Source of the DNA: Candidatus Hermodarchaeota archaeon
GTDB taxonomy: Archaea; Asgardarchaeota; Lokiarchaeia; Sigyniarchaeales; SOKP01
Direction: 5' to 3'
DNA length: 64,000 nt
NCBI GenBank assembly: GCA_048885525.1
Contig: JBHLLP010000014.1
Location: 1-64,000 of the forward strand
Below are positions 29,703 to 39,024 of the stretch, one piece after another. The notes beneath the pieces were generated by a model. The model saw only the letters and a list, made by a program, of their open reading frames with translations, searched no databases and was not told where the DNA came from. Both the position numbers and the translations under genes were made by a program. Each line of letters opens with the position of its first letter. Positions within the stretch are counted from its first letter, which is position 1.

Positions 29703-30716
29703 ATGATTTCAAAAAATGGAGAAGACACGGTAAAAAAATATAATTTTAATGAATGGACTGTAAAACTCTTAAAGGAATTTGCATCAAAAAATAATATTAA
29801 AATTCCAACTAAGGCAAAAAAAAGAGATATTGTTGAATTGCTTGAAAACGTTACATCTCATCCCGACTTTATCGATCGATCTCAAGAAGAACAAACAGAA
29901 GAACCTGAAATAGAATTAGTTGCTGAGTTTGATGAAGAAGATGAGGATCTTGCATTATTGCGAAAAGAAAAAACTGAATTGAAATTTTGGCAAAAACCAC
30001 CATTTTCAAGTCTTTTAGATACTGAATTAGCAAAAGAATCCGAAATTGCTTTTTACGATTTGTCAAAATTAGTAGATAGCTTTTTTGATAATATGCTTCA
30101 TGAAGATTTAATTAACTATAAAATTTCTGGAATAGCACTTAAAACATCTGCATCTCTACATCATTACAAAATCTCAAGTATAATTAAAGAAGAGGAACAA
30201 ATTCAACGAAGAGAAGAATTAGAAAAATTCAGACAAAGCCATTCTAGATCAATTCCAAAAGCTTTGCCTCAGCCAATTTCCCCTAAAATGCAAATTGCTA
30301 CTAAGGATGAATTATTTGATGCTATGAGATCAGCGATTATTGAAGTAATGCAAAATAAAGAAAAGTTAAAAAGAAGGAGAATGCGAAGAGAAGAACTTAA
30401 AGAACAAAGGATCCAAATGAGATCCAAAGCGCAATTACCAAAAGAACTCTTAAAACATATTAGTGGTAAAGAACAGACTGTTGAAGAATTGCATGAATCA
30501 TGGTATAATCGAATAAAAGCTACAATCAATTTAAACAATAAACAAACAAGTATTTTTGATTTAATGAATATTATTAAAAACGAAGAGGAAAGTGGTATAG
30601 GTCGTAAATTTTCGTTAGTACGTATGTTTTTAGCTTTACTATTCTTATCTACTGGAAATAAATTAAATTTATCTCAAGAGGAAGATTTTCAAGATATTTT
30701 AGTTGATACTAGTTAA
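29703..30716 (+). CDS. scpA: kleisin ScpA-like protein with N-terminal HeH/SAP/Rho-N-like module
   Basis: SGIALKTSASLHHYK N-terminal kleisin region and C-terminal FLALLFL...SQEEDFQDI; lies between smc and scpB. Confidence 0.75.
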   Translation: MISKNGEDTVKKYNFNEWTVKLLKEFASKNNIKIPTKAKKRDIVELLENVTSHPDFIDRSQEEQTEEPEIELVAEFDEEDEDLALLRKEKTELKFWQKPPFSSLLDTELAKESEIAFYDLSKLVDSFFDNMLHEDLINYKISGIALKTSASLHHYKISSIIKEEEQIQRREELEKFRQSHSRSIPKALPQPISPKMQIATKDELFDAMRSAIIEVMQNKEKLKRRRMRREELKEQRIQMRSKAQLPKELLKHISGKEQTVEELHESWYNRIKATINLNNKQTSIFDLMNIIKNEEESGIGRKFSLVRMFLALLFLSTGNKLNLSQEEDFQDILVDTS

Positions 30717-30756
30717 CGGTAATTTTTATAAAAATTATTATTAAAAGTGACCAGAA

Positions 30757-31749
30757 TTGGAAGAAAATCCAGATAAAGAAAATAATGAGGAAATAGAAGA
30801 AAATCCTGACAATATTTTTGATGAAGAAGAAAATGAACTTCTTGATGAAGAAATTAAAGATGTGGAAACATTAACTGAAATAGAATCTAAAGAAGTAGAT
30901 TTAGATGATTCAATGAAAGAAATTGAAGGTGAATTCATTGAACAACTAGAAACAAAATCAGAAGATATTGAAAAACTTGAATTAGTTGAAGAATTCGATC
31001 AAGAATCAGAAGCAATCCTAATTGAAGAATCTATTGATGTGCAAAGGCTTGAAGATGCAAACAATATAATTAAAAATACGTCAGAAAGTACGATTATCCA
31101 TGAAAAAGCTTTAGAACTTGATGAAAAAGCTCTTCATCGAAATTTTATTGAGGCAGCCCTCTATGCTGCTGGAGGACCTTTAACAATAGAAGAGTTATCC
31201 AATAAATTAGAATTTCCTAAAAAGGAAGTAGAAACTCTAGTAAATGAATTAGCTTTTGATTATTTAGAGCGTACTACATCACTAATTATTGCGCAAATTG
31301 GAGATAGATATCAAATGCAGATTAGACCTGAATACACTGAAAAAGTTTCAAAATTTGCGAAAGGAGGGGCAATAGCAGAGAGGCATTTAAGAACTTTGAC
31401 TATTATCGCTTTAAAGCAACCAATCTTAAAATCAATGGTTATAAAATTAAGAGGTACTGGAGCATATGAACATATAAAGTACCTTTTAGATAATGAATTT
31501 ATAAACGCTGTAAAAAAAGGTAGATCTCACGAATTAACTACTTCAGATAAGTATGCAGAAATGTTTGGATTGCCAAAAGATATAAGATTGATGAAACAAG
31601 CTATGATCAATCAATTAGGAATTGGAGAAGGAGGAGAAATTAAGGTTTCAGGTGAAACCGAAGAAGTGGAAAAAGTCGAAGATTCAATTGAAATCGAAGA
31701 AGAAAATCAAGTTGAACCTATGAATGAAAATGATGAGGTAGAAGAATAA
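30757..31749 (+). CDS. scpB: SMC-Scp complex subunit ScpB with acidic extensions
   Basis: IEAALYAAGGPL, LRTLTIIALKQPI, LRGTGAYEHI and MFGL motifs. Confidence 0.9.
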   Translation: MEENPDKENNEEIEENPDNIFDEEENELLDEEIKDVETLTEIESKEVDLDDSMKEIEGEFIEQLETKSEDIEKLELVEEFDQESEAILIEESIDVQRLEDANNIIKNTSESTIIHEKALELDEKALHRNFIEAALYAAGGPLTIEELSNKLEFPKKEVETLVNELAFDYLERTTSLIIAQIGDRYQMQIRPEYTEKVSKFAKGGAIAERHLRTLTIIALKQPILKSMVIKLRGTGAYEHIKYLLDNEFINAVKKGRSHELTTSDKYAEMFGLPKDIRLMKQAMINQLGIGEGGEIKVSGETEEVEKVEDSIEIEEENQVEPMNENDEVEE

Positions 31750-31767
31750 GTAACTCTTCAAAATTCT

Positions 31768-34371
31768 TTATTCTTTAAAAAAGTAAACACTAATATTTAG
31801 ATCTTCAACATTTTCTTTTAAATCAGGCTTCTCTTTGATAGATTTTTCTAAAGATTTCTCTATTATTTCTAATTTATTTATTCTAATTGTATTCCTAATA
31901 TCTTCTTTTAAGTTTTCTATGTAATTAATATTATTCTTTGCTGTTAGAAGAACCACTTTTGAAATTTCTTGATTTAAAGGTATCTGAATTTTTGATTTAC
32001 TCATTCTTAAATTCTTTATTATTTCAATTCCTAATTTCCCTTTCTCAATTAATTCTTCAGATAAATTATCATAGGGTACTGGCCATTTTTCTAAATGTAT
32101 TGAATTTAAATCTTTAAATTGTTTGTAAAAAATTGAATATATTTCTTCAGAAATGAATGGCATTATGATTGCTAGTATTTTAAGTATTTTATAAAATAAA
32201 TTTAAAGCATTTTTTAAAGAAGCTATTCTGATTCCTTGGTCTTCAATATAAAACTTATATTTTATTGCTTCAATGTAATTATCGCAGATATCATTCCAGA
32301 AGAATGATCTTAAGATCATTGTAGCTTCATGCCAGTTATATTCATCAAAATACTTAGAAATTAGAGCTAGATTTTTATTGAATTCTGAAAAAAAGAAACT
32401 ATCAGCTGCAGATAAAACACTAGAATTAATATTGAGATCATCAATTTCAATATTATTTAAATTTAAATATAAAAACCTATAAGCATTCCAGATTTTCGTA
32501 ATAAACCTTGAAGCACCGATTAATTGTTCATATCTTATTCCATACTTTTTATTGAATTTATCTTCTGGAAGCCTTTCTCTTTCCTTTTTGATATCTTCAA
32601 GAAGAACAGGTTGCTTAGATTGGAGATTAATCCAAGAGAATTCAAATGGATAATCATCTCCTAAAGAACCCATAGCAGCCCAATATCTAATAGCATCAGC
32701 GCCATATTTTGGCATAACTTCATCGGGTGAAACAGAATTTCCAAGACTCTTAGACATATGACGACCATCTGGACCAGCAACCATTCCGTTTATCATAGCT
32801 TCATAAAATGGGGTTTTTCCTGTTAATTTTTTACATCGAAATAATGTATAAAATAACCATGTTCTGATAATCTCATATCCTTGGGGGCGATGAACCTTAG
32901 CTTTAAGGTAGGTTCTTTCATAAAACTCTTTGTTTTCTTCCCATTTTGCAATTTCTAATGGACTTATGCTTGAATCAATCCAACAATCACATATATCTTT
33001 TTCTCCAACAATTTTTTTGCTCTTGCATTTTGAACATTCTTTAAGAGGTGGATTAATTTTTACTGGGTCAAGAGGTAAATCATCTCTCTTTGGGGGAATA
33101 ATTTCGCCACAATCTTTACAATACCAAAATGGAATTGGAGTTCCAAAGACTCGTTGACGTGAAATTACCCAATTCCAATCCAAGCCCCCTGCCCAATCTA
33201 GTAATCTTTGTTTTTGCTTTTCTGGATACCATTTCATCCCTTCTGCTGATTTAATTATTTCTTGAGTAAAATCTTTTACATTAATAAACCACTGATAAAC
33301 AGGCAAATATTCAATAGGTTTTCTGCAAGAAGGTCGTTCAGAATGAACAATTATACTATGCTCATAATCTTCTACTTTTTCAATCAATCCCATATTTTCA
33401 AGGTCTTCGACAATTTGTTCTCGAGCTTCCATTATAGTTAAACCCTGATATTTAGAATTCTGATTCATATGCCCATCTTCTGTAAATATCTGTATCTCAT
33501 CAAGATTATATTGCAATTTCCATTTTATGTCCATTTCATCTCCATAAGTACAAACATAAACAACACCAGTACCAAAATTCATATCAACTGTATTATCCAT
33601 ATAAACTCGAACAGCGCGCTTCGTAAAGGGAATTTGGATTTCAGCAGCAGATAGATCATGATAACGATCATCATTAGGATTGACCATTACAGCTACACAT
33701 GCTTCCATGTATTCCGGACGCGTTGTAGCAATAGTAACAAATTCATCATCTCTTCCAATAATAGGTAATTTCATATACCATAACTTCCCTTGTTCTTCCT
33801 GATATCCCACTTCTGCTTTTGCTACAGAAGTTTCGCAATTAACACAGAAATGGGTTGGAAATTTCTCTCGATACAACCAACCCTTCTCATAAAAATAAAG
33901 AAGTGATAATTGAACTTTAAATTTATAATCATCATCCATAGTTCGATATGTATATTCCCAGTCAGGAGAATATCCTAACTCATCATACTGTCTCATCATA
34001 TTTTTGATATTATCATCAACCCATTCAACACATTTTTGTAGGAATTCATCTCGTTGATGTTGAGAGATCCCATACTTCTTTTGAACAGCAAGTTCCACAG
34101 GAAGACCATGGCAATCAAATCCTTGAGGGAAATACACATTTTCTCCCTTCATTTTATGATATCTTGCTACAAAATCTATCCATGAATGATTTAAAATATG
34201 TCCCATATGAAGATCTCCACTTACAAAAGGAGGAGGAGTATCTATAGAAAATATTTCACCCTTTTGATTGAAATTGAATGCATAAATTCTTTCATCCTTC
34301 CAAAATTTGATCCATTTCTTTTGAACTTCGTTAAAATTAAACCGCTTTGGATATGATATTATTTTTGCCAT
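31768..34371 (-). CDS. valS: valyl-tRNA synthetase
   Basis: DTPPPFVSGDLHMGH, ATTRPE, WVISRQR and HMSKS motifs. Confidence 0.95.
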   Translation of the reverse strand: MAKIISYPKRFNFNEVQKKWIKFWKDERIYAFNFNQKGEIFSIDTPPPFVSGDLHMGHILNHSWIDFVARYHKMKGENVYFPQGFDCHGLPVELAVQKKYGISQHQRDEFLQKCVEWVDDNIKNMMRQYDELGYSPDWEYTYRTMDDDYKFKVQLSLLYFYEKGWLYREKFPTHFCVNCETSVAKAEVGYQEEQGKLWYMKLPIIGRDDEFVTIATTRPEYMEACVAVMVNPNDDRYHDLSAAEIQIPFTKRAVRVYMDNTVDMNFGTGVVYVCTYGDEMDIKWKLQYNLDEIQIFTEDGHMNQNSKYQGLTIMEAREQIVEDLENMGLIEKVEDYEHSIIVHSERPSCRKPIEYLPVYQWFINVKDFTQEIIKSAEGMKWYPEKQKQRLLDWAGGLDWNWVISRQRVFGTPIPFWYCKDCGEIIPPKRDDLPLDPVKINPPLKECSKCKSKKIVGEKDICDCWIDSSISPLEIAKWEENKEFYERTYLKAKVHRPQGYEIIRTWLFYTLFRCKKLTGKTPFYEAMINGMVAGPDGRHMSKSLGNSVSPDEVMPKYGADAIRYWAAMGSLGDDYPFEFSWINLQSKQPVLLEDIKKERERLPEDKFNKKYGIRYEQLIGASRFITKIWNAYRFLYLNLNNIEIDDLNINSSVLSAADSFFFSEFNKNLALISKYFDEYNWHEATMILRSFFWNDICDNYIEAIKYKFYIEDQGIRIASLKNALNLFYKILKILAIIMPFISEEIYSIFYKQFKDLNSIHLEKWPVPYDNLSEELIEKGKLGIEIIKNLRMSKSKIQIPLNQEISKVVLLTAKNNINYIENLKEDIRNTIRINKLEIIEKSLEKSIKEKPDLKENVEDLNISVYFFKE

Positions 34372-34403
34372 TTAAAATCCTTTTCAGATGTATCATAATA
34401 TAA

Positions 34404-34505
34404 TGGACCTGACGGGAATTGAACCCGTGACCTCTTGAATGCGAATCTTGTTATTAAGCATTCAACTTAATAGTATCAAGCGATCTTCCACTGATCTACA
34501 GGCCC
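34404..34505 (-). tRNA. tRNA-Ala(CGC) with a 30-nt intron at position 32/33 (intron 34445-34474); CCA not encoded
   Basis: Acceptor stem GGGCCUG/CAGGUCC with G3:U70 and A73; D arm GAUC/GAUC; anticodon stem CUUGA/UCAAG; T arm ACGGG-UUCAAUU-CCCGU; bulge-helix-bulge at the intron junctions. Confidence 0.93.
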
Positions 34506-34591
34506 AACAGTAATTATGATCTGTTTGTATTTTTAAAGTCAGAATAACTAAAATCTTTTATTGTTTTTCTTAGCTATTTTAAAAAAGGAGA

Positions 34592-36970
34592 TTAATATTG
34601 AGTTCTCTCGATTATATCATTTTGTGCGGCTGTTGTGAGCTCTGTAAACAAAACAGAATATCCAGCAATTCTTACTACTAAACCACGATAATCTTCAGGA
34701 TTTTCTTGCGCTTTACATAAAGTATCTTTGCCAACAACATTAAATTGGATATGATATCCTCCATTAGGCTCAAAATACGATTTAATCAATGGAATAAAAA
34801 TATCTTGTTTGAGATTATTTGGATGAAAATCAAGGATTAATGAAGTTCCATTAGTAATAAGTTCAGTATTCAATTTTTTAACCGAATTAAGTATTGCAGT
34901 TGGACCATTTTTATCTCTTCCGTTAGTAGGTCCTACACCATTTGAAAGAGGATCCCTAGATTTTCGCCCATCTGCAGACGCTGCTGTAAAAGTTCCAAAT
35001 GTTATATGAAAAGAAGTTGAATATACTCCTGGATTAAATTTACCGGCACGATAATTTTCATATTTGGATATCTCATTGCAATATTCTCTAACAATATCTA
35101 CAGCAATCTGATCTACATAATCATTATCATTCCCATATTTTGGAACTTTATTTATAAAAAGTTCTCTCCACTCAGATCCTTTTTTTCCTTGGTATGATCC
35201 ACGATAATTTTTCATAAGTATTGTTCTCATATCCTCAAATGAGATAAGATTATCTTCAAAAACTAATTTTTTAATTACTGCTAAACTATCTGCAACCGTT
35301 GCTAAACCAATTAATTGGGGGCCTGTAAAATTGTAAATAGCACCGCCTTTAGTTACATCTAAGTCGCGTTCAATACAGTTATCGATCGTAGAAGATAAAT
35401 AGGGTTTTGGATTAAATTCGGCAATAGTTTTATCAAGTGTATTCATCGTTAATACCATATTTTTTATAAGAAATTTCATCTGTATCAGAAATGAATTCCA
35501 AAGATCTTGATAAGATTTGATTTCTTTATCCATTTTTATCCCAATTTCTCTTCTGAAAAACATATCCCTTCCATTTGTTAAAGCTAATTCTAAACATTTA
35601 AGAATATTAAGTTGACATGCATTTGTCGAGCCAAATGATTTACTTGGGTGTTGAGGTTCTACACATCCTATTGGTGCATACTCTCTAGCATCTTCGAGGG
35701 TAAGACCACGATTCACAAGACCCTGAATCATTACATCATCATTAAATAAAGCGATACTAGTGCCTATTTTAACTGATTTAGCAATTTTAATTAAAAAATC
35801 CGTTGGAGTGTTTTTATGAATTCTTATTGAAAATGTAGGTTGAACTGTTTGGAGATGGGAATATGCATCCAGTATGATATATGATAAATCGTTGGTAGCA
35901 TCATTTCCTTCTCTGTCTAGACCCCCAATAGTGACATTTTCTGTGATTGGAGGTCCTTCTGCTGCGTTAATAGCAAAGTAAAAGACGTAATTCCATAATG
36001 TTGTTAATTTCAGAAAAAAACATTCGATTAAAAATTGAATTTCTTCATTAGTTATAATTCCGATATTTACGTCATTCACATAGAATGGATAGACTAACTG
36101 GTCAAGGCGCCCAATACTGATAGCCAATCCTCCATCTTCTAGTCCACATATTAGATGATTGAAATATACTAACTGAATGGCTTCTTTAAAGTTTTTTGGT
36201 GGATATTCAGAAATATTTGAGCAAATTTCGGATATTTCTATAAGTTCCTTATGTCTTTTAGGATTTATTTCTGTTTCTGCCATTTTTTCTGCTAAAGATG
36301 AAAATCTTTTTATAAATGATTTAGCTGCAGTACATACAATAATAACGGACTGTAAAAAAGAGGTTTTAGGACTATCACCAGAAAATTCTTCCAACTTGTT
36401 CTTTGCCTTTTTAATCAAATTTGTTAATCCAAATTTTAAAATATTTTCATGACCTGGGAAAAAATGACCAATACCGTTAGTTAATTCAGTTTCAACTAGA
36501 AATACGTTTGTCTCCATAATATTTTTCACTTTTGGATCTAAATTTTCTAAGAAATGCTCTTTTAAAGTGGTTTCTTCGTTTTTCCAAAAAGGAACTATTT
36601 TTTCCATAAAATTTTGTTTTTCCTCGTCTGAAATGTACATTTTCTGAGCAGAACGGTTTTCAAAAGTATTCATATCTTGTTCTAGAAAATCCACTGCTAC
36701 CTCGGGATATAGTGGAGTTCCAACATATTTACTACATTGATTTCCTACAATTAATTCATCTTCCCAGATTTTTATAGTCATATTTGTTAATATATGACTT
36801 ATAGCTTTAGCAAAACGAATAACTGGATGTTCTCCTTTTGTTTTTTTATATGAATCAGTAATTAAATTAGCTCTTTCAATACAAATTTCGTGTGGTTGCA
36901 TAACCACTTTATTTTTCATTTTTAAAATTCTATTCTCATAATAAGATGGTGGAAGTTGTTCTAACTGCAT
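34592..36970 (-). CDS. glycyl radical enzyme (PFL2/PflD-like, substrate unknown)
   Basis: GRLDQ, Cys loop IGCVEP and glycyl motif LVVRIAGYS. Confidence 0.9.
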   Translation of the reverse strand: MQLEQLPPSYYENRILKMKNKVVMQPHEICIERANLITDSYKKTKGEHPVIRFAKAISHILTNMTIKIWEDELIVGNQCSKYVGTPLYPEVAVDFLEQDMNTFENRSAQKMYISDEEKQNFMEKIVPFWKNEETTLKEHFLENLDPKVKNIMETNVFLVETELTNGIGHFFPGHENILKFGLTNLIKKAKNKLEEFSGDSPKTSFLQSVIIVCTAAKSFIKRFSSLAEKMAETEINPKRHKELIEISEICSNISEYPPKNFKEAIQLVYFNHLICGLEDGGLAISIGRLDQLVYPFYVNDVNIGIITNEEIQFLIECFFLKLTTLWNYVFYFAINAAEGPPITENVTIGGLDREGNDATNDLSYIILDAYSHLQTVQPTFSIRIHKNTPTDFLIKIAKSVKIGTSIALFNDDVMIQGLVNRGLTLEDAREYAPIGCVEPQHPSKSFGSTNACQLNILKCLELALTNGRDMFFRREIGIKMDKEIKSYQDLWNSFLIQMKFLIKNMVLTMNTLDKTIAEFNPKPYLSSTIDNCIERDLDVTKGGAIYNFTGPQLIGLATVADSLAVIKKLVFEDNLISFEDMRTILMKNYRGSYQGKKGSEWRELFINKVPKYGNDNDYVDQIAVDIVREYCNEISKYENYRAGKFNPGVYSTSFHITFGTFTAASADGRKSRDPLSNGVGPTNGRDKNGPTAILNSVKKLNTELITNGTSLILDFHPNNLKQDIFIPLIKSYFEPNGGYHIQFNVVGKDTLCKAQENPEDYRGLVVRIAGYSVLFTELTTAAQNDIIERTQY

Positions 36971-37079
36971 TTAAATCCCTATATATTATCAATAATTCAG
37001 TATATTTAAGAATATAATTGCTTATTCTAATAAACGTTTTTATAATATGATTTTAAAGAAATTCTAGTATTTCGAAGAT

Positions 37080-37916
37080 TTAGATAAATCTCATCAGATG
37101 TTTTTTAGTTTCAGGAGAAAACAATAGATTTTTTTTAGTTTTATCTTTAAATCTTTTAATTGCCAAATCCAAATATTCTTCATTTGAATCTATTCCTATA
37201 AATTTACGATTTAAAATATTACAAACAATTCCAGTGGTACCAGAACCTACAAAAGGATCTAATATACTATCCCCTTCATTTGAAGAAGAAGATATTATTC
37301 TATTCAATAACTCTAATGGTTTTTGGGTGGGATGTTTGCCAAATTCTTTCTCATCTTTAAGCAATAAAGGAATTGACCAAACACTTCTCATTTGCTTATC
37401 TTTATTCTTCAATTTATCTTTAGGGTTATTCCAAGACTTCATTTTATCATAATTAAATGTATGGAGTGAGCTTTTAGATTTACGAGCCCATAATATAATT
37501 TCATGGCTATGAGTAAAATATTTGCATGATAAATTAGGTGGAGCATTGGGCTTATACATTACGATATCATTAATTATATCATAACCATTTTTCTCTAATA
37601 GATACCCTATTTTGTAGATGATATGCAAAGTCCCAGAAATCCAAATGCTACCATTTTTATTTAAAACTCTTCGACAGGCTTTTAACCATGAATCAGAAAA
37701 ATTAATATCCTCTTCAAAACCTTTTGATTTATCCCATTCACCTTTATTAACAGACACCATTTTGCCTGATTTGCAAGTTACGCCATCATTTGATAAGAAG
37801 TAGGGAGGATCAGCATAAATTAAATCAAATTTATTACTATCAAATTGATTAAGTATATCTAAAGCATCTCCATGATACAAGACGAAATTTTTCTCTTTAA
37901 AATAAGGATTTGTCAT
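37080..37916 (-). CDS. DNA amino-methyltransferase, beta class (DpnA/M.DpnIIB-like), orphan
   Basis: ADPPYFLSN.G...GKMVSVNKGEWD, HPTQKP and LDPFVGSGTT motifs. Confidence 0.88.
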   Translation of the reverse strand: MTNPYFKEKNFVLYHGDALDILNQFDSNKFDLIYADPPYFLSNDGVTCKSGKMVSVNKGEWDKSKGFEEDINFSDSWLKACRRVLNKNGSIWISGTLHIIYKIGYLLEKNGYDIINDIVMYKPNAPPNLSCKYFTHSHEIILWARKSKSSLHTFNYDKMKSWNNPKDKLKNKDKQMRSVWSIPLLLKDEKEFGKHPTQKPLELLNRIISSSSNEGDSILDPFVGSGTTGIVCNILNRKFIGIDSNEEYLDLAIKRFKDKTKKNLLFSPETKKHLMRFI

Positions 37917-38071
37917 ATTAAGATTTAATTATCTTAGAAATTATGTAAAATTCAATCAAGCTTGTTAAGAAAATATAATATCTTTTAATTATTAACTTTA
38001 AAGTTTAATATTAACAAACACTTAATATTCATGTAAGAAAATCGTTAACTTATTCAAAATGTATTAGAGAT

Positions 38072-39019
38072 TTGGACATGATAAATAAACAAAGATTTGA
38101 AGAGTTATTTAGCCAACATGTTATTAAAGACATTTCAGAAGAAGAAATTGATATTGTTCTTTCAGGTCAATATGGTAAAGCATTAGAATTATTAAGAGAT
38201 GCAGAGTCAACTGGATTGTTTCCTGCTTTAGTTGGCCCCCCAGGAGTTGGTAAAACAATTTTATGTCGATATTTTGCAAGTTTAAGGGCTAAAGAGAAAA
38301 AAAACAAAAGTTTTCATTGGCTAACAATGGATGAGAGTATAAAGCCTTCGCATTTTGTTGGCTCTTTTGATCCCGCAATTACATTAAAGAAAGGTTTTGT
38401 ACTGGAAGCTTTTAACCCCGGTCCATTATTAAATGCAATGCTAGAAGGAGGTACCTTCTTAGCTAATGAAATTAATAGGGCTACAGAATATTCTCAAAAT
38501 ACGTTATTAGAACCCCTAGAGGAAGCTTCAATTGGTATTCCCCATTTAGGACGGATAAAAGCAGATAACGATTTTTTCTTTATATGTGCAATGAATCCTG
38601 AAGAATTATCCGGAACACATCGCTTATCTGAAGCTTTGAAAGATAGAATAAAGGTTTGGATCAAACTAACTTATCCGGATAAGTCTACAGAATTAGATAT
38701 TATAAGAATAAATCTACCTGAACATTTTATTATTGAAGAATCTGAATTAGAATTGATATATTCAATTATAAAAGAAACGAGACAAAACAAAATAGACATT
38801 GAAATTCCTGCCTCTATAAGAGCCGGAATTGCTATTGCTAAATTATTAGCTAGAAAAAGATTATTAGAGAAAGAAAATAATGTGAAAGAAAAAGAATCTG
38901 CATATGTTTATCTCTCAGAAATTGCCCGGCATGTTTTACTGGGGAGTTTAAAACCTAAACCTGGAGTAAAGGTCGAAAATGTTATAGAAAATATTATTCA
39001 TAAGACTTTAGGAGGGTAA
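38072..39019 (+). CDS. MoxR-family AAA+ ATPase
   Basis: GPPGVGKT, ANEINRA, AMNP and LSEALKDR motifs. Confidence 0.88.
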   Translation: MDMINKQRFEELFSQHVIKDISEEEIDIVLSGQYGKALELLRDAESTGLFPALVGPPGVGKTILCRYFASLRAKEKKNKSFHWLTMDESIKPSHFVGSFDPAITLKKGFVLEAFNPGPLLNAMLEGGTFLANEINRATEYSQNTLLEPLEEASIGIPHLGRIKADNDFFFICAMNPEELSGTHRLSEALKDRIKVWIKLTYPDKSTELDIIRINLPEHFIIEESELELIYSIIKETRQNKIDIEIPASIRAGIAIAKLLARKRLLEKENNVKEKESAYVYLSEIARHVLLGSLKPKPGVKVENVIENIIHKTLGG

Positions 39020-39024
39020 AATTA

